This document shows, piece by piece, positions 57,386-64,000 of a DNA stretch of 64,000 nt. The notes beneath the pieces are model-generated. The model did not search any database. It was not told the DNA's origin and saw only the letters and a program-made list of their open reading frames with translations. This DNA comes from Methanothrix sp. (GTDB lineage: Archaea > Halobacteriota > Methanosarcinia > Methanotrichales > Methanotrichaceae): the NCBI GenBank assembly GCA_037128175.1, contig JBAXWY010000010.1:1-64000 (forward strand), in the 5' to 3' direction. Numbering within the stretch: the first letter of the stretch is position 1; every line of letters starts with the position of its first letter. A program made the position numbers and the translations under genes.

Positions 57386-58129
57386 ATGAGCCTGAAGGTC
57401 ACAATGCTAGGAACGGGCGTGGGAGTTCCCCAGCCCGGTCGCTCCCAGGCGGCGGTATTAGTGGAGAACGATCAGACTCTGCTCCTGGACTGCGGGGCGG
57501 GCACTCTCCTGCGCCTGGACGAGGTGGGAGTCGATCTGGAGGCGCTGGACACGGTGGTGCTCACGCACCTTCATTTGGACCACGTCTCCGATCTGCTGGC
57601 CCTGGCCAATGCCCGTTATCTAGCAGATATGCCCGGTCTGCAAATCTTCGGGCCACAGGGCACAGAGGTATATTTTAGGATCGCCAAGAGCGTCTACCCC
57701 AACCTGGAGAAGATGAGTGTGGCGGTGCAGGAGCTTAAACCCATGGATTCTTTCACCCTGAAGGGCTTTGACATCTTTGCAGAGAAGGCGCGCCACAGCG
57801 TGACGGCTCTCGCATACCGCCTGGAGGCAGAAGAAAAGGTAGTGGTCTACTCCGGAGACACTGAGCCCTGCCCGCGCGTGGCTGCTCTGGCGAAGGAAGC
57901 CGACCTGCTCATTCACGAGTGCTCATTTCCTGAGCCCTTTGATGTCACCAACCACACGACGCCCAAAAAACTGGGCAGCATGATCAAGAACCTGGGCGTT
58001 AAGCGCGTGGTACTCACCCACCTCTACCCACAGGCACAGGGATGCGAGGACGAGATGGCCGAACAGGTGATTGAGCTGTCCGGAGCGCCCACCATTGTGG
58101 GCTGGGACATGATGAGCGTGGTGATTTAA
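57386..58129 (+). CDS. MBL-fold hydrolase (RNase Z-like)
   Basis: LGTG, LLDCGAG, THLHLDH, YSGDT, HECSF and THLYP. Confidence 0.85.
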   Translation: MSLKVTMLGTGVGVPQPGRSQAAVLVENDQTLLLDCGAGTLLRLDEVGVDLEALDTVVLTHLHLDHVSDLLALANARYLADMPGLQIFGPQGTEVYFRIAKSVYPNLEKMSVAVQELKPMDSFTLKGFDIFAEKARHSVTALAYRLEAEEKVVVYSGDTEPCPRVAALAKEADLLIHECSFPEPFDVTNHTTPKKLGSMIKNLGVKRVVLTHLYPQAQGCEDEMAEQVIELSGAPTIVGWDMMSVVI

Positions 58130-58176
58130 CCTCTTCGAATGTAACCATCCTACCATCTCTCTACACAAGCTTTTTT

Positions 58177-61100
58177 TCAGATCACCCTCGTTCCGGTCCA
58201 CTCTCCCGACCAGCCCTCAGTTGAGCCGTACCTCCAGTTGCCGCTGAAGTTTTGGCAGTCCTCGGAGAGCATGAACTCAAGGTCTCCGCCGTCGTTGGGC
58301 TCTGATCTGGTTGGTGCGTCAAACCATTTGCCTGTCAGTCGCTCTCCTTCTACTTTGCCTCTGACAACGCCCCAATCAGTAGTGTAGACGCCTTCCACCA
58401 AATCATCAGTCTCTTGCAGGTCCAGCAGCCCGAAGCTGGTCTCCCAGATGCCTGACCACTTGCATTTTTCCGCCGATGGGAGGGCGCCCGGGATCTTCAC
58501 GGTTGTCAGATAGGCACCCGAGTCATTTTCCGCGAGATAGTGGAATTCCTCTGCAGAATCAAAGATTATTGGTGAGCCTTCTCCCCAGGAGAGACCGCCC
58601 AGGAACGTCCAGGGATTTAGGTGCCGGCTACCATCAATTGCCACAAATTCTGCTTTGCCCCCATCATTGGCGATATAGACGACATGCTTTGCGTCCTGGC
58701 TGAAGACCGGGCCGGATCTGATCCCCTGTCCATGCCAGTCATAACGGTAGGACCTATCCTCAAGGCCATCGACTACGACCAATTGAACATCAACTCCCTC
58801 CCGATTGTCTTTGGCCACGTAAGCCAAACGGCCACCCATGCCGAAGGTCAGGCCCCATACATCCCTATACCTGGTGCCTTCCCCCCCATCAAGGACCACA
58901 AACTTGCCATCCTTATCTTTGGCTGTATAGGCCACATGATCATCATCCGGGCTGAAAACGGGATCACTGATCTCATCATAAATCCTGCCTTCGACTCCGT
59001 CCAGCACCATCATGAATCCCTCATCTTGCGCCTTGGCCCAGTAAGCCGATCTGCTGGCGTCAGGGCTGAAGACGATCTTTCCTACACCAGGGAATGGATA
59101 CTCTTTGCCTCGAACTCCGTCAACCACCACAGCGTGGTTTCCGTATGCTCCGCCGCCCGGCACCAGATCGTACGCAAAACGCAGGCCGCCCGGGCTAAAT
59201 ACCATCTGGCTCACGCGATTATCTTTGCCCAGATCTGTGAACTCTCCATCCAGGACGATGTAGCAGGGGTCACCGGCATAGCTGGCGCTGCGGGAATAGG
59301 CCCACCGGCTGCCGTCTGGGCTAACTAGCGGAGAGTAACCAATCTGCTCCTGAATCTTTCCATCTACAACCACATAGTTGGTGCCTTCCTTGACTATGGT
59401 GTAGAGTACATGCTGCCCGGCAAAGCTGATGATGGGATCACCTGTTGTGCTCCCATAGGGGCCCTCTTCCCTTCCATCTACTACTACCACTTGGTCGCCT
59501 TTATCTGCCATGTAGGCATATCTTCCGCCATCTTGACTGAAGACGATTTTGTAGATCTCGTCGTACTTTTGCCCTTCCAAGCCCTCCACCACAGCTATCC
59601 GTTTGTCGCCCACGAGCGCTTTATAGGCGTAATGTTCCCCATTAGGACTGAAAACGAAGTCGCGGACATTCTCATAGACTGATTCATTGATCCTGCCCTC
59701 CGGTCCAGCAATTGCATAGTACTCTCCCGCATTTGTTTTCAGGGAATAGACAATTCTTGTGCCGTCCGGGCTGGATGTGCCGCCTTTTTGTTCGTCTATC
59801 TTCTGGGCGGAGAACATGGAGATGGAAGGGCTGGCATCTTGTGATTTATCGGACTTTTTGCCAAGCTTCTCTAATGCGGCAGACGCTTCTTTTCTGACCG
59901 TTTCATCCTCGTCGCTCTGGGCCTTTGTCAGGGCACTGGCCGCCTTATCATTTCCTAATTCGCCAAGAGCGTAACCACTGCTCGATCTGACCATGCCTTC
60001 TTTTTCTATCGGGTCCAGAGTCCCGGATTTCACATCCTCAGCCGCAGATCCCGTCTCCGTTCTCTCCTGGGACAATGCGGACGGCTCCAAACTTCCTGCA
60101 TCAATTGAACCCTCGAGTGTGGATGAGATTTCCTTTGAGCCGGATTGCAGAGATTGCAGAGAGTCAATGGATGCGCCTGTTTGCAGCTCGCCGGTCACCT
60201 TGCTGCCGCGGCTTATGGCGATATTCTGGAAGGAGACGAGATCCAGTCCCGTCTTATTCTCAGGCGTTATGATGTCCAGGTCCAACTCCCCTGAGCCGGT
60301 GCCGCTGATGGTGAACTGGTAATTTTCATCCAGGGGAAGCCGGTAGATCTCCACCTCACCGGATGCCAGCACCTCTGCCCCAGGGATCTCGTTGATCATC
60401 CTGCCGTCTTTAATTCCCGTGCTCTTTCCTTGCGAGTCTGTGAACAGGGCATCTGCGGGACAGCGCACCACTATCAAGGCTTTCTTGAGGCTGTGCAGGA
60501 TACCGGCCAGGCCCGAGATGCTTTTCTTTAAGCCGGGGACGAGAGCATTGGCCTCATTCAGATCTATCTCGCTGTGGGCCTCAGCGGCACTGATTCCGTT
60601 AGATGTGGCCCATTTGTAGCCCATGTATTCGGGATTGCCCCAATTTTTAGTATTGAGAATAAAGTATATTTGGGGCACGGGGTGAGGGGGCTGGACAGAT
60701 GCGGCAGGGAAGTTGGGATCGTAGAGATAAACCGTGGGATCTTCACCCTCGACCTCAATCAGCTTGTAGCCCAGGACGGCATGACCGGATGCATTTCCAT
60801 TTTTTGTTCCATAGAACTCAATGATGAGCGGATTTCTGTCGTTTTTCAGTGAGCTTTTCAAGGCCTGGTGGGTAGCTAAGACGCCCTGATTGAGCCGGGG
60901 TGACATGGCATCGATTTGCAGCGCGGCATAAAGGGGCAAGTACCAGGTTCGCACATAGGCACTGATATTGGGGGAAGCCTCTTTTCTTGTCATCTCGCTG
61001 ACCGGCTTGTTCAATAGTTTTCTGTCCGGATCCTGGAAATAAAGGGCACAAGAGGCAGACATGCCATAGCAGTGGCCGCCTGAGCCGGCTTTCATCATCT

Positions 61101-62478
61101 TGTTCAGATAGTTATCGATCAGGACATAGGTGGGTGCGAATATGATTCGATCCACCAGGGCCTGTTCGCCGGAAAGGCCGCCGCTTACTCCCGTGACTGC
61201 TGCCATGCCGGTGGAGAAGGTTTTGCGAACCTGCATGGCCCGGCTGATCTCTTTGATCTGCTCCGGCTGAAGATTGGTGACGACTGTGGTCAGCATCCCT
61301 TCCACCAGCTCTTCGGTCTCCATTTCGGTGAGATTGAAATTCTCAAAGCTATAGCCGTCCAGAGCCGGATTGTAGGCTCTTTCTGCATTTTTGGCATAGT
61401 AGATGTTGACTAGAATCGCCGCCGAGTTGTCATCCGGATGGCTGTCGTTCTCACCGGGAATAAATGCCTGGGCGAGCAAAGTGGCGTCCTCAATGTTTTC
61501 CCCCAACAGATCCCAGACTGCCGAACCGGTAGTATTTCCTCCGGGAGCGATCTCTCCGACCAGGACCGGATCGCCGATGGCCTGGTAATCTTTTTCGCCG
61601 GAGGGCAGGACGTAGAGCTGCAAATACACATTCTTGGCGGTGGTATCTCCGACGTTATCGATCTTGACAAATACTTGCTGCTTATCGGCTGCACCTTCAA
61701 GGGGGAGAAAATTGTTGTCCTTGAAGTCGGTGAGAAAAATGTTCTTTTCACCGATTTGCAGGTCCACCTGCTGGGGCGGCTCTATCCCAGAAACCTTGTC
61801 CAGCCACAGCCGGGCAATCTGGTCCGTCAGGCCGCAGGTATCGCCTTTGCTGTAATCGTCAAAACCCGAAGTAGAAGCTCCCGTGTACATGGTGGGATAA
61901 AAGCCGGCCACGATATTCTTGTACCGGATCTGTAGCTCCTGAAGGGCAGCTCCCTCCTTCCATTTTCCTTCGTTATTGACGAAGACCATCCACTCTACAT
62001 TGGCAAACAGGGAATTGGCCTCGCCTACGCCATTTCCGAGGCGGGTGTCGCTGAAGGCGGTGGGGTCCCACCGTTCAGTTTCATTTTCTCCATTTGTTGC
62101 CCCTCCAGAAATGGGCCGGGCAGATGCCGCTATTTCCGGACTCTCAAATACCTCTACCACAATGTCGATGGAAGTGGTGGGACAGCCTTCCTTGCTGGTG
62201 GCAATTTTCTGTCGTGCCGAAAACGAGTGCACCTTTTGTGCGCTTGAGGTCGTTTCTGTAGTCTGGTTCAACTCCTGGGCCTCGGCCTTGGCACTGATAT
62301 CGCCATCCATCTGGAAGGGGGAGCTTAGATCACCGGCCAGGAGCATGTAGTCTGCGGGAGTTATGTTCTCCAGCCAGGCGGGAACGCTCTGGCCCGTCCC
62401 TGTTTCCGATGAATTCTGTGCAACGGCTGGCAATACCAGAATACAAAAAATTATGCAGATATATTTGAGGTCCATCAT
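58177..62478 (-). CDS. Large secreted multidomain protein (CARDB-like, papain-fold-like, HEAT, beta-propeller)
   Basis: Signal peptide; GHCYGMS..GHAVLGY..YDPN; HEAT-like ALGELG..VRKEASAAL; repeated FSPDG..AY..VVVDG.EG blades. Confidence 0.75.
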   Translation of the reverse strand: MMDLKYICIIFCILVLPAVAQNSSETGTGQSVPAWLENITPADYMLLAGDLSSPFQMDGDISAKAEAQELNQTTETTSSAQKVHSFSARQKIATSKEGCPTTSIDIVVEVFESPEIAASARPISGGATNGENETERWDPTAFSDTRLGNGVGEANSLFANVEWMVFVNNEGKWKEGAALQELQIRYKNIVAGFYPTMYTGASTSGFDDYSKGDTCGLTDQIARLWLDKVSGIEPPQQVDLQIGEKNIFLTDFKDNNFLPLEGAADKQQVFVKIDNVGDTTAKNVYLQLYVLPSGEKDYQAIGDPVLVGEIAPGGNTTGSAVWDLLGENIEDATLLAQAFIPGENDSHPDDNSAAILVNIYYAKNAERAYNPALDGYSFENFNLTEMETEELVEGMLTTVVTNLQPEQIKEISRAMQVRKTFSTGMAAVTGVSGGLSGEQALVDRIIFAPTYVLIDNYLNKMMKAGSGGHCYGMSASCALYFQDPDRKLLNKPVSEMTRKEASPNISAYVRTWYLPLYAALQIDAMSPRLNQGVLATHQALKSSLKNDRNPLIIEFYGTKNGNASGHAVLGYKLIEVEGEDPTVYLYDPNFPAASVQPPHPVPQIYFILNTKNWGNPEYMGYKWATSNGISAAEAHSEIDLNEANALVPGLKKSISGLAGILHSLKKALIVVRCPADALFTDSQGKSTGIKDGRMINEIPGAEVLASGEVEIYRLPLDENYQFTISGTGSGELDLDIITPENKTGLDLVSFQNIAISRGSKVTGELQTGASIDSLQSLQSGSKEISSTLEGSIDAGSLEPSALSQERTETGSAAEDVKSGTLDPIEKEGMVRSSSGYALGELGNDKAASALTKAQSDEDETVRKEASAALEKLGKKSDKSQDASPSISMFSAQKIDEQKGGTSSPDGTRIVYSLKTNAGEYYAIAGPEGRINESVYENVRDFVFSPNGEHYAYKALVGDKRIAVVEGLEGQKYDEIYKIVFSQDGGRYAYMADKGDQVVVVDGREEGPYGSTTGDPIISFAGQHVLYTIVKEGTNYVVVDGKIQEQIGYSPLVSPDGSRWAYSRSASYAGDPCYIVLDGEFTDLGKDNRVSQMVFSPGGLRFAYDLVPGGGAYGNHAVVVDGVRGKEYPFPGVGKIVFSPDASRSAYWAKAQDEGFMMVLDGVEGRIYDEISDPVFSPDDDHVAYTAKDKDGKFVVLDGGEGTRYRDVWGLTFGMGGRLAYVAKDNREGVDVQLVVVDGLEDRSYRYDWHGQGIRSGPVFSQDAKHVVYIANDGGKAEFVAIDGSRHLNPWTFLGGLSWGEGSPIIFDSAEEFHYLAENDSGAYLTTVKIPGALPSAEKCKWSGIWETSFGLLDLQETDDLVEGVYTTDWGVVRGKVEGERLTGKWFDAPTRSEPNDGGDLEFMLSEDCQNFSGNWRYGSTEGWSGEWTGTRVI

Positions 62479-62546
62479 TGCTTCCCACCCCGTGCCCGGA
62501 ATGAGTCGAACCCGGGCACTTTTGAGCTATTAATAGTTGTTAAGGA

Positions 62547-63392
62547 TCAATGATTACTTAAGCCTTCTTTTTCGGGATTCAACTCGCGTGCCTTCTCATA
62601 GCTTTCGTTAGCTTCATTATATCTGCCCATTTTCTGCAAGGCATAAGCTCTCTCCTCCCAGGCCCGGACGTTGGATTGATTGCGCGAGAGGATGTCATCG
62701 TAAGATTCCACCGCTTTGTCCCACCTTCCCATGCTGCCGGCTATGTCCGCGTTGTTAAAATCATCCTGATCCCGGCCTTCTTCCCCCTTAAGGTAATCTT
62801 CCGCCCCCAAGAAAAGAAGGCCGGCAAACATGAGGATGATCGTTGACAGAGCAATTCCCACAAAAATCGCGCCCACGAATAGTGCCTGATCGATGGGTTT
62901 CCTATCGGCACCATCCACAACTTCGCTGCCCTGACCGAGCAGGGCCCGCAATCGCTGTGGTGTGATCAAGGCCAGGAGACCGGCGACTGTGAGCAGCACG
63001 CCCGAAGGTATCCACAGAACCCATCCCAGAAAGCCGGAGAAAGAAATCCAGGCAACGTACCCCACGGGAAAGCCCAAGAGCCCGCTGCCGAGGAGAAGCC
63101 ACGCCGCTCTTTTCCTGTTTCTGGTGTAAAGAAATGCGCCCGCAATCCCTGCCAGGCCCAGCATTAGGAATACGACGCCTCCTAGCTGACCAAGTTCGCT
63201 CCAGCCAGAGGGGATGTGGGATGATGATAGACCTATCATCGAGGCTATGAGATCAAAAGCCGCGATGAGTAATCCAGCCAGCCCACCCATGAGGCCCAGG
63301 ATTTGGATAATGAGCCTGCCCAGTCGGTCGGTATCTTGCGGTCCCTGTGTTGCCATGGCCTTCAATTTCTTCTCATCTTCTTGCATGTTCAT
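62547..63392 (-). CDS. Membrane protein with C-terminal TPRs
   Basis: About 5 hydrophobic helices; AW..RAYALQKMGRYNEANESYEKARELNP. Confidence 0.8.
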   Translation of the reverse strand: MNMQEDEKKLKAMATQGPQDTDRLGRLIIQILGLMGGLAGLLIAAFDLIASMIGLSSSHIPSGWSELGQLGGVVFLMLGLAGIAGAFLYTRNRKRAAWLLLGSGLLGFPVGYVAWISFSGFLGWVLWIPSGVLLTVAGLLALITPQRLRALLGQGSEVVDGADRKPIDQALFVGAIFVGIALSTIILMFAGLLFLGAEDYLKGEEGRDQDDFNNADIAGSMGRWDKAVESYDDILSRNQSNVRAWEERAYALQKMGRYNEANESYEKARELNPEKEGLSNH

Positions 63393-63477
63393 TTTATTAC
63401 CACCGAGAGCTAAATATGAGGTTGGCTTTGATGCCATTAGGCAGATAATGTCCATTCTTAATGGAGAATAAAAGATG

Positions 63478-63936
63478 TCAAGTCATTCCAATGGCTATCG
63501 CGTCCTCATAAGCCTTAATCGCAGCTTTGCAGGATGCATCTGATTTCATTTCCGCTAGCTTTTTGGCTTCGTTTCCGGCTGCTTTGAATCGAGCATACTC
63601 TTTCTTGAAGTCGCTGTAATTCATGTTGATGCAGAATCTCGCCTTTCGCGGATCATCGCATACGGCTGAAATCTCCGAGCCGATGGAGATTACTACGATC
63701 TGATAGCACAGATAGGTGGTTTCGATCAGGGCATCAAGGGCGAGTGAGATGCGGGCTTGGTCTTCCTGCTCAAAGCCGGAGTCGTAGCTGTGGGATAAAT
63801 GAGTGAATGAATCGGTTATGCCGTCAGCTATAGGTTGAGGAAGCGGCTTTCCGTCCCGTAACGTATCCTTCATGCGAAGGTAGGAAGGCAAGAATCGCTC
63901 TTGGTAAAAGGAAAAGAACGAGCCGCAGGATGTCAT
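63478..63936 (-). CDS. Hypothetical protein
   Basis: 152-aa ORF, co-oriented with the downstream genes; no recognisable motif. Confidence 0.5.
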   Translation of the reverse strand: MTSCGSFFSFYQERFLPSYLRMKDTLRDGKPLPQPIADGITDSFTHLSHSYDSGFEQEDQARISLALDALIETTYLCYQIVVISIGSEISAVCDDPRKARFCINMNYSDFKKEYARFKAAGNEAKKLAEMKSDASCKAAIKAYEDAIAIGMT

Positions 63937-64000
63937 TTTAATCGGGAGAGGTGCTCAATATCTCATCAAACTTTTTATGTATCCCTTCTTTTCCCTTTTC

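Overview
The window comes from a methanogenic archaeon, most likely Methanothrix-like (inferred from gene content). Core genes: proC, a CDC48/VCP ATPase, rps13-rps4-rps11-rpoD, tRNA-Met(i), tRNA-Leu(GAG), an RNB ribonuclease, proteasome beta, aCPSF1/FttA, a Ski2-like helicase, archaeal MAT, comD/comE and methanogenesis marker 16. Three accessory regions interrupt these. (1) About 4.3-12.2 kb: three degenerate aroA 3'-end copies bracket orphan antitoxins and a cupin gene, followed by a 1.2k-aa TIR-WD40-Roc-COR-class III cyclase protein. (2) About 14.7-19.5 kb: an AT-rich island behind tRNA-Leu with two extra tRNA 3' fragments. (3) About 40.6-50.4 kb: a disrupted GH19-like hydrolase and the main finding, a roughly 6.4-kb array. 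In it, seven copies of a roughly 100-nt GC-rich imperfect palindrome (core GGCGACCGGCTCCCGCCCGC), plus partial copies, separate single toxin-antitoxin or Fic modules, one per interval. This resembles an integron cassette array, but the canonical attC motifs and an integrase are absent. Several toxins are broken while their antitoxin ORFs stay open. Also present: the 5' end of a tnpB IS element, a 106-bp MITE with a 9-bp target duplication, REP-like palindromes and an Hfq-like gene. All calls are by eye from motifs; no searches were run.
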